From Longimicrobiales bacterium (lineage in GTDB: Bacteria > Gemmatimonadota > Gemmatimonadetes > Longimicrobiales > Gaopeijiaceae), in the NCBI GenBank assembly GCA_963664435.2, contig CAXXKM010000002.1, positions 288,001 to 352,000 on the forward strand: a stretch of 64,000 bases of DNA, read 5' to 3'. A program made the translations under genes and the position numbers. Each line of letters begins with the position of its first letter. Position 1 is the first letter of the stretch. Shown here piece after piece: positions 21,467-34,131 of this stretch. The notes beneath the pieces are model-generated. The model made no database searches. It saw nothing but the letters and a program-made list of their open reading frames with translations, and was not told the origin of the DNA.

Positions 21467-22371
21467 TCGTGCCATTCTCAACCTGTCGGCCCGTAGGTTC
21501 CTCCCAGGATCTACGATCGCCCGTGTCCGATGGTACGGGTGGGGCAGAGCGCGGCGGCGCGGCAGCGAGCGCCGCCGTCGCCAAGAAGTGACGCGTCGCC
21601 CGACGGCCTATAGCCGTCCTTGAGGCTGGCGACCAAGGGGTCGAGGAACTGGCCCGCAATGGTCGGATGTCTGCCGTTTCGGGCGGTGCGCGGGAGCGTT
21701 TGGGGGGCGTCCGCAGGGCTGGCTCACGACCGTGGGTGGTCGTAAGCGCCTACCCTCGGTAAGACCCAAGGGCTGGCGGGCGGCTCCGCCCCCTCGACGC
21801 CCGGACAGTCCGCGCCGAAGCGCGCAAGGATCGCGGCCGACGGTTTCGCCGCCGACCGCCGCCGGACGGCCATCGCCGCAACGGCGACGAGGTTCCTGAG
21901 GCGGCCTCCGTCCTCGGCCGCGCCGAACACCGGCGCGGAAGGCCCAGGGGTCTAAGGGGGGCGGAGCCACCCCCTTTGCCAGCCGCAGTGTTCAACACTG
22001 CGTGGGCTGCTCCCGCACCATAAGGGCGCGAGACAGCCCCCCGGTAAGCGGGCCGAACGGCCGGCGGCGACGGGAATCTCGGGTCGGCGGAGTCTCCATG
22101 CCATCTGTCAGGAGCGGCGGCTCCGGGAGGTGTTCGCCCCCGGAGAATTGACGCGCAGAATCGCCGATGTCGTGAACGAACTCGGGCTACAGCCATGGAA
22201 GCCGCCCGAGCCGCTCGATCCCATCGAGGAGAAGGAGGTGAATCTGGTCGTCTGGATGGGAGTTCTGGAAGCGGTCCATTGACTGAGATGCAGCGAAGCT
22301 CTCATCTTGGCGCTGCCGAACTCTAGTGTCTGCTTCCACTCCCAGCCACTTCCCGAGACCCCAGAGACTCC

Positions 22372-23772
22372 ATGCCTAGAGTCGCGAGCCTGCCGATCAA
22401 GCAGCTGCAGCTAGACCTCAGAAACTTCCGAACGGTGCCGCAAGCAAACGAAGAGGAAGCCGTAGACGCGATGGTGTCTATCCGACCCGGCTGGTTCTGG
22501 GCGCTCATGGAGAGTCTCTTGGACAGCGGCTACCTCCCCATAGAGAGCGTTCTCGTGCTTGAGGGCGTGGGTTCCGACGGGAAACCGACCTTCACGGTCA
22601 AGGAAGGGAACCGTCGCGTAGCGGCCCTGAAAATCGCGCACGGACTCTTGAGTCGTTCACACCTCGAAGTTCCAGCGAACATCGAGAGCAACTTGGCCGA
22701 TGTATCGAGTGGTTGGCGGGCCGAGACCGACGAGGTTCCCTGCATCATCTATCCGGCGTCGGAAAGCGACACCGTGGACCGTATCGTCACGCTCGCCCAC
22801 GGCAAAGGGCAGAAAGCGGGCCGCAGCAACTGGACCGCAGTCGCACGTGCAAGACACAGTCGCGACGTCAACGGCGCGAACGAACCGGCGCTCGATCTAC
22901 TTGAAGCCTACCTGAAGGACGGTAAGAACCGAACACCCCTGCAGGCCCAGCAGTGGGCAGGTGACTACCCGCTAACTGTGCTCGCGGAAGCAATGAATCG
23001 GGTCGCTGGACGCTTGGAAGCGGATTCCGCACGGGACCTCGCAAGCCAATACCCATCGATCTCCCATAGAGACGCGGTTGAAGCCATCACACGAGATATT
23101 GGGTTAGGACTGCTAACCTTCAAGGACATCCGCCAGCCGGAGGCGGATTTCGCGGCGCGCTACGGCATTCCGCGGGCCCCTGACGGGGATGCTTCCAAGG
23201 GTACGTCCAGGAAATCAAAGGAACAGGAAGGACAGAAAAGAGGAGCCAGTAAGAAGGAGACCAAGCGGGGGGCCAAGACCAGGAGTACGAAAGCAGAAGC
23301 CTCAAGTTTGCGCGATCCCAAGGCCGTTAAGGCAATGGTCAACGGTTTCAAGCCTCGGGGATCGGATCGCGAGAAAGTGGTTCTTCTACGAAACGAGATG
23401 CGTTCGTTGGTCCTCAAGAATAACCCCCTGGCTTTCTGCTTCCTTCTCCGTAGCATGTTCGAGATTTCCGCGAAGGCGTACTGCGGGGACCAGGGTGCCA
23501 AGGGCGGGCTCTCCACCAAGAAGAACGGCAAAGATCGACCTCTAGTGGATATCCTCCGCGTCATCACGAAGCACTTGACGAAGAACAAGGCCGACAAGGA
23601 ACGTACTAAGCAGCTACACGGAGCAATGACAGAATTGGCACGACCGGAAGGCCTGTTGTCGGTAACCTCCATGAATCAACTGGTTCACAACCCGAAGTTC
23701 TCGGTGACGACGGGGGACGTCTGTCAGCTGTTCGGTAACATATTCCCACTCCTGGAAGCGATGAATGAATGA
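22372..23772 (+). CDS. ParB/Srx-like N-terminal domain with putative C-terminal HEPN-like domain
   Basis: LQLDLRNFR and VKEGNRRVAALK; a basic linker; C-terminal FLLRSMFEIS...MNQLVHNP. Confidence 0.7.
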   Translation: MPRVASLPIKQLQLDLRNFRTVPQANEEEAVDAMVSIRPGWFWALMESLLDSGYLPIESVLVLEGVGSDGKPTFTVKEGNRRVAALKIAHGLLSRSHLEVPANIESNLADVSSGWRAETDEVPCIIYPASESDTVDRIVTLAHGKGQKAGRSNWTAVARARHSRDVNGANEPALDLLEAYLKDGKNRTPLQAQQWAGDYPLTVLAEAMNRVAGRLEADSARDLASQYPSISHRDAVEAITRDIGLGLLTFKDIRQPEADFAARYGIPRAPDGDASKGTSRKSKEQEGQKRGASKKETKRGAKTRSTKAEASSLRDPKAVKAMVNGFKPRGSDREKVVLLRNEMRSLVLKNNPLAFCFLLRSMFEISAKAYCGDQGAKGGLSTKKNGKDRPLVDILRVITKHLTKNKADKERTKQLHGAMTELARPEGLLSVTSMNQLVHNPKFSVTTGDVCQLFGNIFPLLEAMNE

Positions 23773-23863
23773 GCCTGGGCAACCCGGCGGAATGTGCTGG
23801 GGTCATGATGGTGAGGGGCTCTGATCGCATGCTACGTCACACCCATCCGGTACGCCCGGAGAC

Positions 23864-23996
23864 GAGATCGACCGGGATGCGTGGGCGACGTAAGACGAAC
23901 GTCTCTCGCCCGTTCTACAAGCACGGGTCGCGGCGGATCGCGGTCAAGGGCATCAACCACCTCGGCAATCAGGCCATGAAGGTGTTCCGGGCGTAG
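23864..23996 (+). pseudogene. C-terminal relic of a type III RM Mod-like methyltransferase
   Basis: EIDRDAWAT, then a frameshift, then SRPFYKHGSRRIAVKGINHLGNQAMKVFRA*. This resembles the typical Mod tail SRPF.KP..GRIAVKVINHLGDEVMKV. Confidence 0.7.
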
Positions 23997-24025
23997 GCCG
24001 CACTCGCCCTTCGTGAGCCCTTCGG

Positions 24026-25114
24026 TCACACATCGAAACAGAAATCGTGTTCCACGAGTTTTGACGCCTTCGCGCCGCGAAATGCATTCGCCTGTGTGCC
24101 ATTGACCGTTGACGAAAAGCCACTGCTGGTAAGGGATACCTCTCGATCCAAGCCGCTCGCCAGCGCCCGGGACAGCCCATCCCGCAGTTCCGACTTCCCG
24201 AAACGTCGCCCACCAATTCGGACGACCACACGAGCGCGCTCGGCCAGCAGCCCCCGCCATCCTTCGACCGATTCCGTGACAAACTTCCAGTACTGTTTCT
24301 TGCAGTAGTGACGGTCGTCCTGCCGCTCATACGCAGCTCCCGGCCTGCCCCCAAGGAACCACAGCCTGAGCCATTGATCCTCACGGAAATTCGTCGTGTC
24401 CAGATACGGTGGTGACGTAATCACATCGGTCACGCGGCCGGTCAGCGACAGTAGCGCTTCGCCCGCTTGGCGCGCATCGGCCTCAACCACCTGTCCCTCA
24501 CTCTCGGGAGGGGGAGTTCGGAACCGGTAGTCGATCATTCGGTGCAGGATCTCGAATACGTCCCGGCGAGGCGGCTCGTGACTGTTCCTACGCCACCACC
24601 GGATGGAGTATCCAGGCTTCGTGCTGATCGTGCGCGGCATGCGATTGCTGAAGCAGTTCGGCGTGCGATGGGATTCGCCGTGGAGAGCCCCCAGGCAGAG
24701 CGCCGCTATGAAGCGGTCCTTTCGGCAGTTCCGCCAATCGAGTGCCGATCTCAGGTATCGAATTTGAGGGAGTGTTTCGGGATGATAGCATAGCTCGAAG
24801 AACTCCTGTATCTTCCCTTGCCAGCCGGGATCATTGGGTTCCTGGAAGTCGGCCTGCAACTCCTTGACCCGTTCCCGGGCATGCGCCGGGCTCGGCGGAA
24901 TAGCCTTGGCACCGGAGAGACATACCGCAACGGGATGTACGTCGCAGCCGGCAGCTTCCCTGCCCTGCAGCAAGGCTTGAAACACCGTTGTTCCCCTTCC
25001 GCAGAAGGGGTCGAAGACGACGCCATCATGGGGACTTGCCGCTAGCCGTGCTTTCACGAACGACTCGGGGAACATCGCGAAGTATGGGCAGATCGAGTGG
25101 AATCGATGCCTCAT
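24026..25114 (-). CDS. Amino-DNA methyltransferase (SPPY, probably N4-C)
   Basis: YFAMFP, motif I VFDPFCGRGTT and motif IV VITSPPY. ATGA overlap with the upstream gene. Confidence 0.88.
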   Translation of the reverse strand: MRHRFHSICPYFAMFPESFVKARLAASPHDGVVFDPFCGRGTTVFQALLQGREAAGCDVHPVAVCLSGAKAIPPSPAHARERVKELQADFQEPNDPGWQGKIQEFFELCYHPETLPQIRYLRSALDWRNCRKDRFIAALCLGALHGESHRTPNCFSNRMPRTISTKPGYSIRWWRRNSHEPPRRDVFEILHRMIDYRFRTPPPESEGQVVEADARQAGEALLSLTGRVTDVITSPPYLDTTNFREDQWLRLWFLGGRPGAAYERQDDRHYCKKQYWKFVTESVEGWRGLLAERARVVVRIGGRRFGKSELRDGLSRALASGLDREVSLTSSGFSSTVNGTQANAFRGAKASKLVEHDFCFDV

Positions 25115-26106
25115 GCGGCCTCCCGAGCACGGTCACGGTAGCTCGCGACCCAATCGACGACCGCCTGAAGCTGGTCGTACGCTTCGATGTTCACGCCCGC
25201 CTCGACGAGCTTCCGCGCTTCAGAGACCCGCACGGGAACTCGTAGGCGGTGCAGCATGTTGCCCAAGGAGCGCACATGATCGCGCAGCTTCAGGTCGGCT
25301 ACCGCGAACGGCACGATCATGTAGGGAATGAATCGCGTTGCGGGCGAGTCCGCGAACCAACGCTGTTTGAACACGTCCAGATGGCCGAGCAGTGATTTGT
25401 CTTTCCAGTCCTTGCCGGTGGCGACTTGGGCAACGGCAAGCAGAAACCCAGGCTGTCGATCCGGATGAAGACGAGCGGCGAAGACATCTACCTTGTCGTC
25501 TTTGGGGCGCTCCGGCGCACCGGGCTGCCGACTGACCGTGCCGTCCTCGAACGTTGACCAGATCTCCTTGAGTTTCCCGAGAAATGAGGACCCATCCGGC
25601 CGTGGGAAATCGAAACTCCAAGCAACTCCTTGAATCTCGGCCGCTAGAGCAGCCGTGCTCAGGTATTGGAAGAGCCGCCGAAGCCCTGGGATTTCCTCTT
25701 CCTCAGGAATCAACCGCGAGTTGGAAAGGACTGGCGAATGCAGATTCGACAAGACCAAGCTCAAGACGTATGCCGCTTTTCCGAGAGACTCCCCAACGGG
25801 CTCGTAGGTGAGGATATCTCCGTTGGGATCGAGCCAAAACGGATACGCAGAACCGAGCACCTCGTGTCTGCTTTCAATCCTCTGGATGACCTCAGACTTC
25901 ATCTCCTCCACCCCGTCTTTCATCTCGTCGTCAAGATCGGAGGGTTCCTCGTCGGCACCGATTGAAGCCTCGTTCGCGACATCGGAGGTTCGAACGAAGC
26001 CGTCCTCGGCGAAGAACGCTGCAAGCTCCAGGAAATCGGCAGCCGAATCGGGGTCTCGCAACTCTCCCACCAACTCATCGAGGGGGACGTAGAGGCCCAG
26101 TCTCAC
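25111..26106 (-). CDS. Hypothetical protein with a restriction-endonuclease-like fold
   Basis: KDDKVDV...AQVATGKDWKDK resembles a D..D..Q variant of PD-(D/E)XK nucleases. GTGA overlap with the upstream gene. Confidence 0.6.
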   Translation of the reverse strand: MRLGLYVPLDELVGELRDPDSAADFLELAAFFAEDGFVRTSDVANEASIGADEEPSDLDDEMKDGVEEMKSEVIQRIESRHEVLGSAYPFWLDPNGDILTYEPVGESLGKAAYVLSLVLSNLHSPVLSNSRLIPEEEEIPGLRRLFQYLSTAALAAEIQGVAWSFDFPRPDGSSFLGKLKEIWSTFEDGTVSRQPGAPERPKDDKVDVFAARLHPDRQPGFLLAVAQVATGKDWKDKSLLGHLDVFKQRWFADSPATRFIPYMIVPFAVADLKLRDHVRSLGNMLHRLRVPVRVSEARKLVEAGVNIEAYDQLQAVVDWVASYRDRAREAA

Positions 26107-27296
26107 CGTTCCGTCTCCGCCCGTCGGCGCTTGTCGTTCATCCTCGAGTGTAGTACCTCGGCCGTTTCCTTGATGTCCTCCGATATCCCGAGTAGTGACT
26201 CATCCCGCCCGTCATAGGCTCGCACGGAGCCGATCGCTGCCTGTAGCGCCCGACGAGATTCGATCAGGGACTTGGTGAACCTTGCTGTCACGGGCTCCGC
26301 TACTTCGTGTGCGCGATCAAGGTTGCCGGTGATCTTCAGTTCATGAATCGCCTCCGGCTTGGCGAGCACCTCACCCAGCCGCTTGATGTCCGGGTTCTGC
26401 CTTTTGACGACGTGCTTCTCGTCGTCGGGCCGGTAGCCATATATCCACCGAAGAACTTGGCGAAGCTCTCCCGTCTTTTCGGCCGGCACCGGATCGAGCT
26501 CTGGATCGTAACGAGCCCAGCCACTGGCCAAGCCCAGATACGCCATGTATTCAGATCGGGACAGGGCGGTATACAGGTGGGAGAAGTTGAATTTCTTCGG
26601 ATACCGGTCTTCGACCTCGAACAGTGCCTCGTCGCTCGCCTGCTCCAGAACGTAGATCGCCGACACCATGCGCTTGATCGTATCGTGCCGGTCGCCGATC
26701 GCTCTCGCGATGTCGTCCAGACCGACACCCGAGTCCTTCGATTCCTTGTACCACTTCGCCGCAAACCGCGCTTTCGCGTAGGCGTCCCATTTCTGTGGGC
26801 CGTTGATGTGCTTGAAGCCGATCAGCGGCCGCGCCTGGATCCGGTCGGAAACCCGGTAGACGGTGACTTGGTCGAACGTAGGGCGTAGACTGTCCGGTAT
26901 CCCCGGGATGGTGAGATTCAGCCCCTCGTGGCTGCGGATTCGGGAGACGAAGTCCGGTTCCAAGAGCAGTCGGACGGCCGCGAGCCGCCGGTTCCCCTCC
27001 AGTACAACGAGTTCTCCACCCTCCGGTCCTTCCATCACGACTAGGGGCTCGATATCGAGGTATCCGTTGGAGGACATCGACTGGAGAAGCTCGTCGAGCT
27101 CGGCACTGCGGTAGAGCTCGGCGACCAACGCCTCGTCGGAGTGGCGCCCCGCCTGCCCCGTCAGACGCGGGTTCTGGCGATCCAAGCGGAGTTGCTCCAC
27201 CGAGACCTTGGTAGGATGCTCGACTCTTGGGAGGGTCATCTCTGGCTCCAGGTTCGCGGCGCTCGCATATGCAGGCGGGTATCCGTCGTACGCCAT
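26103..27296 (-). CDS. ParB/Srx-like N-terminal domain protein
   Basis: LRLDRQNPRL, GY..IEPLVV, VLEGNRRLAA and GFKHING...W motifs. Confidence 0.78.
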   Translation of the reverse strand: MAYDGYPPAYASAANLEPEMTLPRVEHPTKVSVEQLRLDRQNPRLTGQAGRHSDEALVAELYRSAELDELLQSMSSNGYLDIEPLVVMEGPEGGELVVLEGNRRLAAVRLLLEPDFVSRIRSHEGLNLTIPGIPDSLRPTFDQVTVYRVSDRIQARPLIGFKHINGPQKWDAYAKARFAAKWYKESKDSGVGLDDIARAIGDRHDTIKRMVSAIYVLEQASDEALFEVEDRYPKKFNFSHLYTALSRSEYMAYLGLASGWARYDPELDPVPAEKTGELRQVLRWIYGYRPDDEKHVVKRQNPDIKRLGEVLAKPEAIHELKITGNLDRAHEVAEPVTARFTKSLIESRRALQAAIGSVRAYDGRDESLLGISEDIKETAEVLHSRMNDKRRRAETER

Positions 27297-27334
27297 TCGA
27301 TCCTAAGCTGCTTGACGAAGGCGACTAATGGAAG

Positions 27335-27755
27335 AGCACGGTCGGCGGGGGTGCCGTTCCGGCCCCGAATTCCAAACATACCATGCCGGGCAGCCGCAGG
27401 TGTCCGCAATCCCGTCGCGAAGACCTCCTTGCCAGCCGCTAGCCTGTCACCCGTACAACGGGCTCGGCGGCCGCCGCGAATAGCGACGTGGCCCTTACCG
27501 TGATGTACAGGTCAGAGTCTCTCGGAGAAAGGAGACGGGTGGATCAAGAACGCCCAGGACCTTTCCGCAGAGCCCTGCTAGCCGGAATCGCTGCTCGGCA
27601 GAAGACCGCGACAGACGCGCTGTCGGTGACTGGCATTCCCGCCATTCTGGTACGATTCTCCCGCTATTCTGCGCGGATGGGATCAGCGACGCCCCAATGG
27701 CAAGGATGGCAGATCGTGCAGTCCCGGTTGACTTTGGACGATTCCTTGCCGTGAT
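27335..27755. repeat. Copy 3 of the non-coding repeat element (core 27635-27755)
   Basis: Core is about 69% identical to copy 2 and contains the hairpin GGCAAGGA..ATCGT..ACGAT.TCCTTGCC. Confidence 0.8.
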
Positions 27756-27766
27756 CCCCTCCCCCC

Positions 27767-27797
27767 TTGACCCTGACGTAACGTCAGGGTTTACCTT
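27767..27797 (+). promoter_or_regulatory. MerR-type promoter/operator
   Basis: TTGACC-19 bp-TACCTT with dyad ACCCTGACGT-A-ACGTCAGGGT (27770-27790). Confidence 0.85.
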
Positions 27798-27803
27798 CCG
27801 TCC

Positions 27804-28616
27804 ATGAACACCGGAAAACCACCGACAGCAGGCGATTCGTCCGCCGAGGAACTCCACACCGTGGGCGAGGTTGCGCATCTGGCCAAGGTCACCGTGCGCA
27901 CCCTCCACCACTACGACCGCATCGGGCTGCTGGTCCCGTCGCGACGGGCCAAGAACGGCTACCGGCTCTACGGCTACGCGGACCTGGAGCGACTCCGGCA
28001 AATCCTGCTCCTGCGCGAGTTGGGGTTCGGGCTCGACGGCATCGGGCAGATGCTGGACGCGGGGGCGTTCGACCAGCGCCGCGCGCTCGTCGCGCAGCGC
28101 GACCTGTTGCGCGAGCGGCAGCGGAGGACGGAAAGAATCATCGCGGGCGTGGAGGGCGCGCTCGAGGCGATGGAGGAGAAGAGACCGATGGCGAAAGCAA
28201 GGATGTTCGAGGGGTTGCAGGACTTCGACCACGAGCAGTACGAGGACGAGGCCCGCGAGCGCTGGGGCCGGACGGACGCCTACAAGGAGTCCATGCGGCG
28301 CACACGGCGCTATTCGAAGGACGACTGGACGCGCATCAAGGCCGAAGCGGAGGACGTGATGGCCCGCCTCTCCGCGCTCCTGGAGGAGGGAGCCCACGCC
28401 GCGAGCAGGGCGGCGCGGGAGCTCGCCGAGGAGCACCGGTGCCACATCGACCGCTGGTTCTACCCGTGCAGCCACGCCATGCACGCGGGCCTGGCCGACA
28501 TGTACACGGCGGATCCGCGATTCATGGAGCACTTCGAGAAGCGCGGAGAAGGGCTGGCGGCGTTCTTCCGGGAGGCGATCCTGGCGAATTCGGCGCGACG
28601 GAGAAACGCCCCGTAA
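27804..28616 (+). CDS. MerR-family regulator, TipA-like
   Basis: TVGEVA....TVRTLHHYDRIGLL...NGYRLY; TipAS-like EARERWG and GLADMYTADPRF. Confidence 0.92.
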   Translation: MNTGKPPTAGDSSAEELHTVGEVAHLAKVTVRTLHHYDRIGLLVPSRRAKNGYRLYGYADLERLRQILLLRELGFGLDGIGQMLDAGAFDQRRALVAQRDLLRERQRRTERIIAGVEGALEAMEEKRPMAKARMFEGLQDFDHEQYEDEARERWGRTDAYKESMRRTRRYSKDDWTRIKAEAEDVMARLSALLEEGAHAASRAARELAEEHRCHIDRWFYPCSHAMHAGLADMYTADPRFMEHFEKRGEGLAAFFREAILANSARRRNAP

Positions 28617-28676
28617 GCCACGGTACATGGCGGCAGCCGGACGCGGGCGCGGAGCCGCGGATAATCTCCGACTGCG

Positions 28677-32550
<3,874 letters not shown>

Positions 32551-32557
<7 letters not shown>

Positions 32558-33012
32558 CCACCCCCCTCTTCATCGCCGGCGGAAAGCACGAACACCACGC
32601 GCCTGATGCGAACGCTCCGGCCGGCGTTCAGCCGCGCCATGATCTGCCGCTTGCGCAGGTTGAGCTCCATGGCCCACGCCGAGGAGGGCACCTCCACGAT
32701 CAGCACCCCGTTGCTGACCGAGCGCGCCCGGGTCACGCGCGCCAATCCCGAGCCCACCAGCCGGGGCCAGTCCTCCACCAGCTTCTGATACTCCAGCTGC
32801 CTGTCGAGACCCCGGCGCCGGAGCACGCGCTCGAGTATGTCCGCCACCTTCTCGGGACCCCGCGGAGTGGAAGCGGTTGCCCCGGACCGGCGGGCGCCTC
32901 GCCGCGACGAGCGCGGCACGCCTTCCGGGGACCCCCGCGGTTCGCCGTCCGGACCGGCTGCGCGCCTGCGGCGAGCCAGGATGCGCGCGATCTCCTCACG
33001 GGTCTCGCTCAC
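32551..33012 (-). CDS. DUF721 / DciA-family protein
   Basis: W..LVG..LA..TRA.....GVL.VEV.SSAWAMEL; located just downstream of recF. Confidence 0.8.
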
Positions 33013-34124
33013 GTGCTCACAACTCCGTTCTCGACGCGCCAGCGCGGAATGGTCTCTCTGTGCACCTGCACGTCCGTCTCCCGGGGCGCCGTGAGGATCA
33101 CCTGATGGCGCAGGTTCCCTTCGATGAGTTCCAGGATACGTCGGGATCGGCCCTCGTCCAGCTCCGAGAATACGTCGTCCAATAGCAGGATGGGGGTCTG
33201 CCCGCGCACCTCGCGCACGGTCGCGGCCTCGGTGAGACGAAGAGACAGGGCCCCGGTGCGCTGCTGGCCGCCGGAACCGTAGGTGCGCAGATCGAGGTCT
33301 CCCGAGTCGGCCACCAGGCTGATCCGCATCTCGTCGCGGTGCGGGCCCACAACCGTGGTTGCCAGCCTCCGTTCGCGGTCGCGCGAGCGAGCGAGCGCCT
33401 GCGCGAAGCGTTCAGACAGATCATCAGGCTCGGCGTCCGCCGCGCCACCCACCGACGGCTGGTAGGAAATGTACGCCGGCCGCCCCCCGGAGATCTCGCG
33501 GTAGGAGGCCCGGAACGTCTCCGCCGAACCGGCGATCCAGCCGCGCCGGGCGCTCATGACCTTCGCTCCGAGCGCGGTGAGCGGCCCGTCCCAGGCGGCC
33601 ACCGCAGCGCGGTCGCTTCGCGCCCTGAGCGCCGCGTTGCGCTGGGCGAGCACGAGCCGGTACTGCTGCAGCGCCTGCAGATACCCCGGCGTCGCCAGCG
33701 AGAGCACGATGTCCAGGAACCTGCGGCGCTCGGCGGGCCCCCCGACTACGACCTTCACGTCGGAGGGCGCGAACACGACCGCGGCCGTGCGACCCAGGGC
33801 GTCACCCAGACGGTCGGGCTCACGGCCGTCGAGGGTCACCTTCTTGCGCGGCCCGGCGCGCTGGAAGGCCGCGGTCACCTCCACTTCCTCGTCCTCGCCC
33901 GCAAACCGGCCCGCCAGCCGGAAGAGCGGCTGCCCGAAGGCCGTCAACTGTTCGTCCTTCGCCGCTCGGAACGACCGGAAGGTCTCCAGATAGTAGATGG
34001 CTTCCAGCAGGTTCGTCTTGCCGTGCGCGTTGGGGCCCACGATGGCGACGCCCCCGGGAGGAAACTCGAGTTCCTGCACGCCGAGGTTGCGGAAGTGATA
34101 CAGCTTAAGACGGCTCAGACGCAC
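33009..34124 (-). CDS. recF: DNA replication/repair protein RecF
   Basis: FRNL, GPNAHGKTNLLEA, GPAERRRFLD, GPHRDE, SGGQQR and LLLDDVFSELD. Confidence 0.95.
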   Translation of the reverse strand: MRLSRLKLYHFRNLGVQELEFPPGGVAIVGPNAHGKTNLLEAIYYLETFRSFRAAKDEQLTAFGQPLFRLAGRFAGEDEEVEVTAAFQRAGPRKKVTLDGREPDRLGDALGRTAAVVFAPSDVKVVVGGPAERRRFLDIVLSLATPGYLQALQQYRLVLAQRNAALRARSDRAAVAAWDGPLTALGAKVMSARRGWIAGSAETFRASYREISGGRPAYISYQPSVGGAADAEPDDLSERFAQALARSRDRERRLATTVVGPHRDEMRISLVADSGDLDLRTYGSGGQQRTGALSLRLTEAATVREVRGQTPILLLDDVFSELDEGRSRRILELIEGNLRHQVILTAPRETDVQVHRETIPRWRVENGVVST

Positions 34125-34131
34125 CGGCGCT

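Noticed and set aside
22372..27296. ParB-like genes as a partition system
   Set aside because: There is no ParA and no recognisable parS, and the neighbours are RM-like genes.
21346..27755. Repeat copies as classical integron attC sites or a CRISPR array
   Set aside because: No RYYYAAC/GTTRRRY boxes were seen, there is no intI, spacing is kilobases, and cargo lies on both strands.
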